Below, piece after piece: positions 1 through 8,714 of a DNA stretch of 26,465 nt; the stretch's first letter is position 1, and the number at the start of each line of letters is the position of its first letter. The translations under genes were made by a program, and so were the position numbers. The DNA is taken from positions 1-26,465 of the forward strand of contig CAYJDN010000003.1 in assembly GCA_964368925.1 (NCBI GenBank), given 5' to 3'. The notes below the pieces were generated by a model, which saw only the letters and a program-made list of their open reading frames with translations, made no database searches and was not told the DNA's origin. This stretch comes from an uncultured Desulfovibrionaceae bacterium. Its GTDB lineage: Bacteria > Desulfobacterota > Desulfovibrionia > Desulfovibrionales > Desulfovibrionaceae.

Positions 1-1
1 C

Positions 2-769
2 CTCTTCCATTCTATCAATTACAGTTAACACGCTCACATGCTCGGCATACATTTCTTGAGAGAAATATTCATAACCTGTACCAATAGTTGACTTAGCCTT
101 TATCCTTGCTTTGTGAGCAAAATCTATAATCGTTTCAAATTCTTCATCATTTTTTTGTACTTCATAAATCCCAACAGAAATATCAAGTGCATAATTTTTG
201 CCATGAAATTCTGCTAATGTAGGCGCAATGATATTTTCTATAGCATCTTGAATTTTAATACCTATGTTTTTCTTTTTGAAAATTACAAAAATTTCAGCCC
301 CTTCTCGTGAAAGAAAAACATCTTTGCCATTATAGGCTTTTTTCAATGCATCGCCCATCTTTCCAATAAGAAAAAGACTTTTATCAATGCCATAATGGCT
401 ATTAATTGTTTGAAAATCTTTAATATCAAGGCTTATAACTTCATATTGATTTTTATTGGAACTTGCTAATATATTTTGCACTTCTTCTCTAAAAGTTCGA
501 AAAGCAGAAAGAGAAGTAAGGTCATCTTTTGACAATTGTTCTATATCTTTGTTTTTCTTATTTAATTGTCTATGATTCACACAAAGATAAATAATATTAA
601 TAATAAGAATTAATCCACAAAACACAAAAAGCAAATTAGAAAGTAATATTTCATTATTTTTAGATTGAGCATCTATAGTATCGGCATAAGCGTATATTGC
701 CACTAAAAGTAGCATCAAAGAAAGCAAGATGCAAAATGAGCCTTTGCGTAAAAACATAGCGTATCCCAT
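2..769 (-). CDS. Membrane-anchored degenerate GGDEF protein, probably followed by an EAL domain; 3' part runs off the window
   Basis: Manual translation from ATG at 769: MGYAMFLRKGSF..., two hydrophobic segments, then DDLTSL...ISLDIKDFQTINSHYG...SREGAEIFVIF...ISVGIY...AHKARIKAK. This is a GGDEF fold with a degenerate active site. The frame stays open to the window edge. Absent from the supplied ORF track. Confidence 0.8.
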   Translation of the reverse strand, partial: MGYAMFLRKGSFCILLSLMLLLVAIYAYADTIDAQSKNNEILLSNLLFVFCGLILIINIIYLCVNHRQLNKKNKDIEQLSKDDLTSLSAFRTFREEVQNILASSNKNQYEVISLDIKDFQTINSHYGIDKSLFLIGKMGDALKKAYNGKDVFLSREGAEIFVIFKKKNIGIKIQDAIENIIAPTLAEFHGKNYALDISVGIYEVQKNDEEFETIIDFAHKARIKAKSTIGTGYEYFSQEMYAEHVSVLTVIDRMEE

Positions 770-956
770 TATTTTTATTTCAAAAAATGTATAAACATAA
801 GCTAAAAAAAACACATTTTTAGAAACAAAAACACAAAAGAGCAAATTTAGAAAGATAGCTTTTTATAATACTATATTTCATAGATATTCTTATAATTTGT
901 AAAAGCAATAGTGTCAAGCAAGTATATAAATTTATAGCATTTGAGAGATTAGGAAC

Positions 957-988
957 AAAAAAAGGTTTCTGCATTTGCAAAAACCTTT
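957..988 (-). terminator. Intrinsic terminator of the SprA-related gene
   Basis: AAAGGTTTCTGC-attt-GCAAAAACCTTT hairpin followed by a T run on the minus strand, about 40 nt past the stop at 1030. Confidence 0.75.
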
Positions 989-1029
989 ATGTATGGGTAT
1001 CTATCATATTTCTTGTAAAATATTATATT

Positions 1030-2364
1030 TTATACGGCAGGAACGCTTACGCTTGACATACTATTAGCAATATCGCCCACAGAGCTTGCTTGTGCTTCAA
1101 AGAAAGGTTTAGCATTTTCCTCTGCATTATCATCTTTCTCAACGCTCATAGACTCCATTAATTCAGAAACATCAATAGTTTCATCAGCAATAACTTCGTT
1201 CATATCAGAAACGCTCACGACATTTTGCGTATTTTGATTAGATTGTGACTGACTTTCTTGCGCTTTTTGTTCTTGTTCTTTTGCTTGTGCTTCTCTATCT
1301 TCTTCTAATTGTTCTTCTTCTTTAACTTTCTTTTCTTCTTCATTAGCCATCATTTCAGCTTGCTTTTCTTCTTCTGCTATAGCCATTTTTTCTCTACGAG
1401 CTTCCGATTCCATAGCACTAGCCGCAGCAGCGACAGATCTATCTTGTGAAGATGGCGAAGCAGGAGCTAGAGCCGCAGAACGAATTTTACGAGCTTTTTC
1501 GATAGAGGCATCAGGATCGCCTTTAACTGGTGTAGTATCAATTTGTACTGAACCGCCCATTGCGTATCTTTGTCCATCAGGGCCAGTTACATATTCATAA
1601 GAAATTCCACTAGTTAAACCACCACCAGAAGAAACGTGTGATTGTTCATGTGTGCGCACTTCTGCATCTCTTTTCTTGAGAGCTTCAACATAGGCTTCTT
1701 CTTCAGGGGTCAATTCGCCAGTAACAACAGCCTCCGCCTTACCTTCACTATTTGGAATTTTAGGATATTTTTCTTCTTCTTGTCTTACACGAGCTCCAGC
1801 CTCAACATCTACATCTGGCGAAGTCGCTTGAGGCATAGGCGGTATGGAAGTCGGATTTGTTGTAAACGAAGCAGACAGCACAGCAGAGCTAGAATTTAGG
1901 CTAGCACTAGAGGCACCAACAGAAACACTACCGCCTGAATAGGCAATAATTGTTTTTGTTATAGCAGGTTTCATTGTTTGAGTAGAGCTAAGGCTAGGGC
2001 CTGAGCTATGCGCATAATTTCCGCTTCTGGTATAGGTAGAATGAATTTGACTCTCTTCTATCTCGCTTGAATAATTTGGATTATTTGCATAATTCGCATT
2101 ATTCGATTTTGCGTCAGAAGATTGCATATTTTGTTGAAGTTTATTCAAAAAAGCCTTTGTTTCATCAGAAATAACGATACCAGTCGCATCAGTACTTTCA
2201 AGGGCTTTTGCGCTATATTGCACATTTTGCGAATTGCTTTTGTCATCATTATCTCTTCTAGGCGCAAGAAAAGGCAAGTCATCAGATGAGATTCTTCTTA
2301 CAGATCTCACCGGGCTTGCAAATATATTTGCCCCATAGCTATTTATGTTTGAGAGACTAGACAT
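1030..2364 (-). CDS. SprA-related family protein (HExxH-containing putative metalloprotease core) with Ser-rich and Glu/Gln-rich flanks
   Basis: Core LKKRDAEVRTHEQSH...YEYVTGPDGQRYAMGGSVQID...AALAPASPSSQDRSVAAAA is characteristic of the family. Start moved to ATG 2364 (MSSLS), which follows an AAGGA RBS. Confidence 0.85.
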   Translation of the reverse strand: MSSLSNINSYGANIFASPVRSVRRISSDDLPFLAPRRDNDDKSNSQNVQYSAKALESTDATGIVISDETKAFLNKLQQNMQSSDAKSNNANYANNPNYSSEIEESQIHSTYTRSGNYAHSSGPSLSSTQTMKPAITKTIIAYSGGSVSVGASSASLNSSSAVLSASFTTNPTSIPPMPQATSPDVDVEAGARVRQEEEKYPKIPNSEGKAEAVVTGELTPEEEAYVEALKKRDAEVRTHEQSHVSSGGGLTSGISYEYVTGPDGQRYAMGGSVQIDTTPVKGDPDASIEKARKIRSAALAPASPSSQDRSVAAAASAMESEARREKMAIAEEEKQAEMMANEEEKKVKEEEQLEEDREAQAKEQEQKAQESQSQSNQNTQNVVSVSDMNEVIADETIDVSELMESMSVEKDDNAEENAKPFFEAQASSVGDIANSMSSVSVPAV

Positions 2365-2443
2365 AAACTCTTCCTTCACTTCTTATAAAAATCTTAGCAC
2401 AATTTACCATAAAAAATAAAGCTAAAAATCCTATACAGAATAT

Positions 2444-2471
2444 ATATCGGCAGAAGCTTTAGAAAACTTTA
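2444..2471 (-). promoter_or_regulatory. Sigma-28 (FliA/SigD) promoter
   Basis: Minus strand TAAAGTTT...: TAAA-N16-GCCGATAT, about 80 nt upstream of the SprA-related start. Confidence 0.75.
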
Positions 2472-2812
2472 GGTTTTAATCGAAAAAAATTTATTTTTTT
2501 TAATGAATGTTAACAAATATTTATAAACTTAAGCAAAATTTTCTTTAATTTTTTCTTTTTTCTTTTTCTTTAACCTGTATAGACATCATTTAATACCACA
2601 CCCTATGTGTCCAGAGTGCGAAACATATATGAGCTAAACTTGACACAGTAGCTAAAATAAAATAAAAATAAATGAAGCTTTAAATCGTTTTGATATTATA
2701 GCATATTACATAAAGATTTACATTGCCAACTAAGTTGCCACACAAGCTTTTTTATTTTATTATCAATTTGTTTTTTTAGGTTATCTGTCTATTTTTATTG
2801 TTATAATTTTGC

Positions 2813-2829
2813 TTGGCACATATATTGTA
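2813..2829 (+). promoter_or_regulatory. Probable sigma-54 (-24/-12) promoter
   Basis: TTGGCAC-ATATA-TTGTA versus consensus TGGCAC-N5-TTGCW. One mismatch at -12 (GT for GC). About 57 nt upstream of the chaperone ATG. Confidence 0.55.
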
Positions 2830-2885
2830 ATTAGAAAATCAGATTAGATATTTCTTTAATATTTTATACGCACAAGGAAAGAATC

Positions 2886-3356
2886 ATGAGCAAGGAAAAT
2901 GCAAGTCAATTTATCAACTATCTTTCAGAAGTTTTAGAATGTGAAAAGCAAGAATTTGATGCAAACAATAATGTGCAATTCACTCTTGATAATGACATGG
3001 GTATTGTTATTGGTTATGCCGAAGAATTAAATTCTTTAGTAATCAATTTCTATATTTCCCCTATTGTCACTCAAGATTTTGAAATTTTATATGAAATTTT
3101 ATGTGGCGCTTATATGTGGGGCTACACCGCCACTGGCAACCTCAGCATTGATAGAGAACATGGCATTTTAACTTTGCAAAAGCTTTATGACGTCCCTTCC
3201 ACTGTTGCGCAAGAAAACCTTGCCGACTTTGAAGAACTTTTTATCGCTCTAGCTTCCGCTTCCCGTTATTGGAGAGATTATCTAAAATCAGTTCAAGGTG
3301 ATTCAGAAAATAGTGCAGCACAGCCAACTGACACCGCTAATATGTTACGCATTTAA
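2886..3356 (+). CDS. Type III secretion chaperone, CesT/Tir-chaperone (class IA) family
   Basis: 156 aa, strongly acidic; pattern EFDANNNVQFTLD...LYEILCGAYMWGYTATGNLSIDREHG...FEELFIALASASRYWR with a C-terminal amphipathic helix; AAGGA RBS. Confidence 0.75.
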   Translation: MSKENASQFINYLSEVLECEKQEFDANNNVQFTLDNDMGIVIGYAEELNSLVINFYISPIVTQDFEILYEILCGAYMWGYTATGNLSIDREHGILTLQKLYDVPSTVAQENLADFEELFIALASASRYWRDYLKSVQGDSENSAAQPTDTANMLRI

Positions 3357-3367
3357 GGGAGATAATC

Positions 3368-5077
3368 ATGTCCATACAATCTATAGGATCACAAAGCCTA
3401 GGAATTTCATTTCAATCAGATTCTTCTTCAGCATCAAGCTCAATTTCTTCTGGTTCAGATTTTCCTAATCCACTCGAGGGTTTTTCAGCAGCTAGAACAG
3501 AAGGTTCGCAACGCATAGCTCAAGGCGACAGAGGCGATATAGCAAGAAACACACAAGAAGGTTTTTTTGCTAAAGTCGGGCGTTGGTTTAGTGAAGGTCA
3601 AAAAGCCTTAAACGGCACTTATGGCCTACCCGAACGAACTGTTATTTCCGCTGGCGGCAAAGCAATTGGTTATTCAAGAGAAGAACTTGCAAGCATGATC
3701 AAATCTCTACCTCGCTTAGAAAGAGCCGCCGCAAGAGAAAATCTTGCAGAAACGCTTTCAGCTCGTGTAGAACGTGGACACAGCCTAGTAAAAGATGTAT
3801 TATCTGGGCAAATTACAGGCACTGGCGAAAGTCAATGCACTGAACAAGATGCCGCTGACATTATGCTCTTCTTAGACGCTAAAAACAGAACATCTACTGA
3901 CACAAGCTTCGATAGCGGTTCTTATAATATTCAAGATCCAGAAGGCAAGCTCTATGAATTTTTAGATAGATCTGATGATAAATATCTTCGTTCTTCAAGC
4001 CACATGTCAACCATGCAACAATCCACTATAACAGATTCTAATGGTGGAACGCATAAAAATATGCATAGAGGTATAGACTTCAAGCAAGGGCCAACAACGG
4101 GCTTGCCATCTGGCTTACAAACTTTGCTTTTTGCCGCTATTCCTGCGAATAGTGAAACTGGCACAGACAGAAGAATTTTCCTCAAACCTGAAAGCTATGG
4201 TTGTCGTTCGCCTTTCAAATCAACCCCAACTAGCTCCCCTGGTGTTGGCGACGGCGTTGGCACTTTAAGCAGAGGCCGTAGAGCTAAAGATATTATGCAA
4301 TTTCTTGGGCATTCTGGCTCATTTATCTTTACTCGCTTTTCAGGTGCTGGAGGCACAACAAGAAAAGAGCGTATCCCTACTCAAGTAGCAGCAGACTTCA
4401 AAGCTCTTGCAAAAAAACCAGCTTTCAGCCAAGTACGAGATTTGCTAAACGCTGGCGCTCCAACAAGCAATTCTAATGGTATTCATAAAATGGTGACAAA
4501 CATCACGAATGCTATTCAAGCTTTACCGCTCAACCAAAGAGGCGCTGCAATTAGAGAAACCTTTGAATTTATGGATACTTTAGGAGAACATCTCCATTCA
4601 GCAAACAATTTAGACACAAGAATTGGCAATGAAGTTGTATTGAATGTTGATGAATTACAAGGGCTTGGATATGAAGACGCTGGAATCATCGACACTCCTG
4701 GTGTTGAAATAAGAAATGCCTTTACCAGATTAACTCCTGAAGAAAGCGTCGTACTTGGGCGTACACCTGAAACAAGTAGACCTGCGATTTCATTATTAAA
4801 ATCTGGTATGGTAGACTTTTTACAAACCGTACTTGACTCAAGCAGCACCCCTCCTATTGCTGGCTCACAAGCTAAACTAGAAAGCCTCTATAATGAACTC
4901 GGCCTAGAGGATCGTGATAGAAATCTGCCAATGCTCTTAGGCAATGTTTTAGGAACTGCCTTTACTGGCCTGCCTGAATCTATTGATAATATTGAAAATA
5001 GAAACACCTTACTCAATATTGCAAAGCTTTCTTTCAGCGCAGATCAACTTGAAATAATCAACAGAGCAACTCGATAG
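3368..5077 (+). CDS. Hypothetical protein, candidate type III secreted effector
   Basis: 11 nt downstream of the CesT-like gene with an AAGGGAG RBS; Ser-rich low-complexity N-terminus (MSIQSIGSQSLGISFQSDSSSASSSISSGS); no Sec signal; domain not recognised. Confidence 0.6.
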   Translation: MSIQSIGSQSLGISFQSDSSSASSSISSGSDFPNPLEGFSAARTEGSQRIAQGDRGDIARNTQEGFFAKVGRWFSEGQKALNGTYGLPERTVISAGGKAIGYSREELASMIKSLPRLERAAARENLAETLSARVERGHSLVKDVLSGQITGTGESQCTEQDAADIMLFLDAKNRTSTDTSFDSGSYNIQDPEGKLYEFLDRSDDKYLRSSSHMSTMQQSTITDSNGGTHKNMHRGIDFKQGPTTGLPSGLQTLLFAAIPANSETGTDRRIFLKPESYGCRSPFKSTPTSSPGVGDGVGTLSRGRRAKDIMQFLGHSGSFIFTRFSGAGGTTRKERIPTQVAADFKALAKKPAFSQVRDLLNAGAPTSNSNGIHKMVTNITNAIQALPLNQRGAAIRETFEFMDTLGEHLHSANNLDTRIGNEVVLNVDELQGLGYEDAGIIDTPGVEIRNAFTRLTPEESVVLGRTPETSRPAISLLKSGMVDFLQTVLDSSSTPPIAGSQAKLESLYNELGLEDRDRNLPMLLGNVLGTAFTGLPESIDNIENRNTLLNIAKLSFSADQLEIINRATR

Positions 5078-5147
5078 ATAAGCTTTAGTTACAAATTCAA
5101 AAAGCAGTTTGTATCTTATATTAGATTGTATTTATTCGCTTTTACAA

Positions 5148-5174
5148 AAAAAGGGCGGTTATTCCGCCCTTTTT
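5148..5174. terminator. Bidirectional intrinsic terminator
   Basis: AAAAAGGGCGG-ttatt-CCGCCCTTTTT between convergent genes. Confidence 0.9.
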
Positions 5175-5201
5175 ATATTTCAATATTTTTGAAAATATAA
5201 A

Positions 5202-6470
5202 TTACTGCTTATTCATCATAATATCAATAAGATTGATATCAACATCAGTCATACTTTCATTTGACACCCTAGCAAGATTGTCGATAGTATGTTCAACCGC
5301 TTCACTAATCAGGCCATCACTTTCGTCAGGAGCACTGCCGTAAAGCGCAAGTCTTGCGCTAAGAACAGCTTCACCAGCGCAATTACAAAGTTTTGAAGCA
5401 CAGCTATCTTTTGCCCCATCACACACAATACCTGAAAGACTAGAAAACATATATTGCATAGCGTCTTCCATTTGTCTTTGATTACCACCAAGTATCCACG
5501 CAATAGCCGCAGAAGAACCTGCGCCTGTGAATAAAGCACTACAAATAGGCGATAAAACACCAATTGCATATTTTATGCGTATAGAAATTAGATAGCACAT
5601 AAACAAGGCTCTCAAAGTCGTTTCTTCGTCTAATTTCAAAAATTCGCTCGTAGCAATGATGGGTAAAGAAGCTTCAAAACCTTGATTTCCACTCCCCATC
5701 AATGTCATAGCAGAAAGAGGCCCACCCCCCATACGCATATCAACCGCAGCGGCAACAGTCATTTTTACATGGTAGAATAAATCGTCTTCAACTATCTTAT
5801 CTTCCATCATTTTTCTAATGGATTTACCTATACGCATACCATAATCATTCAAAAGCCCCTCATTAGAAGCGGCCTTATTCATATCAATTATTGAATGCAT
5901 GAATTTAATGTCCTCAATTGGAACTTCTTTTGCAATTTCAACAAGTTCTGCAACTTTCATAGACATAATAGTTGAATTTTTTTTGTCTTCTAATTCATTC
6001 TTTATATTAATAAGTACTTCGCCATTTTTTTCCAAATGCAGCATTCTATCATGGCTATCATAAGTGAGTGAATATACTTTTTCTTCATCATTTGTGGCGG
6101 TTACTTCAATAAGTAAATGAGTTTCTTTAATTACTTCAACGCTTACAAATTCATTTGCTACATATTCTTTTGCCTGTGCAATCAAGTCTTGCGTAATTCC
6201 TGAAAAAATCTCCATAGTGTTTCCCTCTTTTGTAAGAAGAAAACCAAGGCTTGCAGAAATGGGAATGCCACATTCTTGCGTTCCTGGAATTGTCACAAAA
6301 TACGCATTTTTAAATACGTTAGAACTCACTCTTAAATGTAAATGTGTCGCAGGCTTTGATAAATGCACGCAAGTATTAGACACCGCAAGCCCAACGGCTA
6401 CAGGTTCAGTACAACCAAGACTTGGCTTTATTTCAGATTTTACTAATTCAATAAGCTCTTGTGTGTTCAT
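5202..6470 (-). CDS. L-cysteine desulfidase / serine dehydratase alpha family (CyuA/YhaM, UPF0597-like)
   Basis: Motifs PSLGCTEP, MTLMGSGNQG, LSPICS and GIVCDGAKDSCASK; 422 aa. Confidence 0.85.
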   Translation of the reverse strand: MNTQELIELVKSEIKPSLGCTEPVAVGLAVSNTCVHLSKPATHLHLRVSSNVFKNAYFVTIPGTQECGIPISASLGFLLTKEGNTMEIFSGITQDLIAQAKEYVANEFVSVEVIKETHLLIEVTATNDEEKVYSLTYDSHDRMLHLEKNGEVLINIKNELEDKKNSTIMSMKVAELVEIAKEVPIEDIKFMHSIIDMNKAASNEGLLNDYGMRIGKSIRKMMEDKIVEDDLFYHVKMTVAAAVDMRMGGGPLSAMTLMGSGNQGFEASLPIIATSEFLKLDEETTLRALFMCYLISIRIKYAIGVLSPICSALFTGAGSSAAIAWILGGNQRQMEDAMQYMFSSLSGIVCDGAKDSCASKLCNCAGEAVLSARLALYGSAPDESDGLISEAVEHTIDNLARVSNESMTDVDINLIDIMMNKQ

Positions 6471-6635
6471 AGTAATTCCTTAATTAAATATTTATTCAAG
6501 CGATTTAGAACATTGCAATAAAAGACAAATTTACTTTATTACAAACAATAAAACTATTGCCTATAAATTTAATAAAGTCAAGATAGGCTCAATTTGTTAG
6601 AGCAATTTATAAATGATTTAAGCTAAAAATACAAA

Positions 6636-6681
6636 ATAAAAAAGCGAGCAATATCCAAAAATCGTTGATATTACTCGCTTT
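6636..6681 (-). terminator. Intrinsic terminator after the yedF / C-GCAxxG-C-C pair
   Basis: Minus strand AAAGCGAGTAATATC-N11-GATATTGCTCGCTTT followed by TTTATTTT. The stem closes with a G-U wobble only on the minus strand. Confidence 0.75.
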
Positions 6682-6731
6682 AACCTAATTTCAGCCTATG
6701 TTACTAAAACAACACTATTGTATAAGATAGA

Positions 6732-7187
6732 TTATTTTACAGTATATTTCAATTCTCTCGCAACAATTTCTGCTGTTAATTCAGTAACTTCACCTGTGAT
6801 ATTTATACAATGCTGCAAATGAATATCTGACCCAATCTCCATGCCCTTTGTAAGAATCTTACAACAGCATACTTTCCTTTTAGCCGTGAATTTATCTTGT
6901 AATTCCTTTGTTAATTCCATAGCTTTCACAACTTCTTCGCCCTTAGCCTTATCACGGCCAAAAAACATACCTAATGCCATAACGCCAGCATTCACAGCAC
7001 CACAAGTACAGCCAGCCCCCATACCCACAGGAAAACCCGAAGCAAGCTTGATAATGTCATCAGAATAAGGCGCATCAAAAGCGTCTTTTATCGTTTTTAA
7101 TAAGGCTTCTGAACAATAAAAATCGCTTTCTCTATAGTACTGCTCTGCTCTTTCCCTAATATCTTGAATTTTTATATCTTTTTTCAT
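6732..7187 (-). CDS. C-GCAxxG-C-C family putative redox-active protein
   Basis: FYCSEA...GMGAGCTCGAVNAG...VCCCKIL...HCINIT cysteine pattern. Confidence 0.85.
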   Translation of the reverse strand: MKKDIKIQDIRERAEQYYRESDFYCSEALLKTIKDAFDAPYSDDIIKLASGFPVGMGAGCTCGAVNAGVMALGMFFGRDKAKGEEVVKAMELTKELQDKFTAKRKVCCCKILTKGMEIGSDIHLQHCINITGEVTELTAEIVARELKYTVK

Positions 7188-7220
7188 ATTGTTTTTTACC
7201 TATAATTATTTTATTTGAAA

Positions 7221-7850
7221 TTATATTCTCACAACTTTGTCAGCAATATCAATAGAAGTAATAATATCAAGCATATTTGTACTTACTCCAACTTGCTTTG
7301 ACTTTGTAAGTCCATAAAATTCTAGGCAACTTCCGCACACAAGAATTTCAATATTGCTTTCTTCAAGAGCTTGCAATGCCTTAAGCGATTTGCCAGCCTT
7401 GGTTGAAAGCTTAACTCCGCCATTTAATAAAACTATTTTCAAAATATTATCCGCCATTTCTGGTAATGTGCTAAGGAAATTTTCCATAAGCTTTTCGCCA
7501 AGCACATCATCACCTGTGCCAATGCGCTCACTTGGAATAATAAACATAGTTTTATGTGTCATCGACGAAGAAGAGAGAGAAGGAAAATCTGTAATAATTT
7601 CACAAGCGTCATTACTTTCTTTTGCACTGTAATTTTGATCTATCACAGCCTTTACAATAAAGTAAGAAGGATTTTTTTCTATAATTTCAGCAAAATAGCC
7701 ATTTGTTTTTACAAATCTTTTAATATTTTCAGAGGCAGCCTCATTGTCAACAATAACTTGAAAATGTTCAGGTCTATTTTTCTCTAAAAATTGTTTGCAT
7801 TTTATTACTGGTTCTGGACACGCTAAGCCAGAATAATTTTCTTCAATCAT
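7221..7850 (-). CDS. yedF: Sulfurtransferase-like selenium metabolism protein YedF (TusA/SirA plus DsrE-like domains)
   Basis: N-terminal GLACPEPVI (CPxP) and VDNEAASENI; C-terminal IGTGDDVLGEKLM...LNGGVKL...VCGSCLEFYG...VGVSTNMLDI. Confidence 0.88.
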   Translation of the reverse strand: MIEENYSGLACPEPVIKCKQFLEKNRPEHFQVIVDNEAASENIKRFVKTNGYFAEIIEKNPSYFIVKAVIDQNYSAKESNDACEIITDFPSLSSSSMTHKTMFIIPSERIGTGDDVLGEKLMENFLSTLPEMADNILKIVLLNGGVKLSTKAGKSLKALQALEESNIEILVCGSCLEFYGLTKSKQVGVSTNMLDIITSIDIADKVVRI

Positions 7851-8557
7851 TTTGTACTCACTTTAAAATCAAGCATTTTTATAACTTGACTTTTGTATAT
7901 TTTTGAAGCTAGACTTTGAGTACATAAAATCAGTAAGGTGATTTATTGTAAGCCAACTTTTTAGGAATGTAAATGTTTTTTGCACTCAATTTAAAAAAAC
8001 ATAATAGCGCTAATAGCTTGAACAAAATAGCTATATTAGTAAAAAAAGAAGAAATAACTTCTTTGTGCTTGTCTTTTCCTAAAAATAAACAAAATGCACT
8101 TCTTTGTGCTAGTGGCTTCACCTGACGATTCTAAAATAAAGGGTAGGTTACTCTTTTTCTTGATATTTATGAGCTTTTTTTCATTTGAATTATTGAGCAT
8201 GTATGTGCAGAAATTTTCAATAAAAAAAAGAGCATAATATGATATCATTAATAACCACCCAAGTTATTGTTAAAAATAACTATTCAAATACTATATATGT
8301 TAGAGCCTTTTCAGAAATCAGCTATAATTGAAAAGTTCTAGGCTTTGTAGTGCTCAATAAAAAGCTACAAAGATTTTTATAGTGCTCAATTGTTTAACCT
8401 ATCTATGTAATTTCATAGACTTAGGGTCTATAGCTATAAGAGCATTTTTACAAACACACTCAAAATCAGATACATTTTCATCGAATATAATTACTTGACA
8501 AAGTTATAGATTTTGTGCAATAAAGAATTTCAACAAAAAAATAAGGGTATTTAACTT

Positions 8558-8641
8558 ATGATTTTCACAAATCAATTTGCTTTAAATTATTATTATTACC
8601 AGCCTGCACACACACGGGATGGTGTTTTGTTGTATTCTTAA
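8558..8641 (+). CDS. Attenuator leader peptide MIFTNQFALNYYYYQPAHTRDGVLLYS (27 aa, Tyr-rich)
   Basis: ATG at 8558 after AAGGG; TAT TAT TAT TAC at 8588-8599; TAA at 8639-8641; overlaps the alternative hairpins of the attenuator. Confidence 0.8.
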   Translation: MIFTNQFALNYYYYQPAHTRDGVLLYS

Positions 8642-8695
8642 TCAAGAAGATTATTTTGCAAATAGAAGCCGTTTCCGTGAGGGAGCGGCTTTTTT
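8597..8695 (+). promoter_or_regulatory. Transcription attenuator with protector, antiterminator and terminator hairpins
   Basis: Terminator GAAGCCGTTTCC-GTGA-GGGAGCGGCTTT-TTT at 8665-8695. Antiterminator: 8613-8631 pairs with 8661-8679. Protector: ACCA-G-CCTG / CGGG-A-TGGT at 8598-8623. Confidence 0.8.
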
Positions 8696-8714
8696 CACAT
8701 TATTAGGAGTAGTT

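Noticed and set aside
7930..8248. Two short minus-strand ORFs (63 and 70 aa)
   Set aside because: They overlap each other, have AT-driven K/F/I-rich composition, and show no recognisable motif or convincing RBS.
8395..8445. Possible c-di-GMP-I riboswitch (GGGTCTA segment)
   Set aside because: The conserved GGCAAA, GAAA-tetraloop and GACGCAAA elements are missing.
8619..8714. N-terminal extension of the symporter in the ORF track
   Set aside because: It runs through the attenuator hairpins. ATG 8715 has a clear AGGAG RBS and begins the first TM helix.
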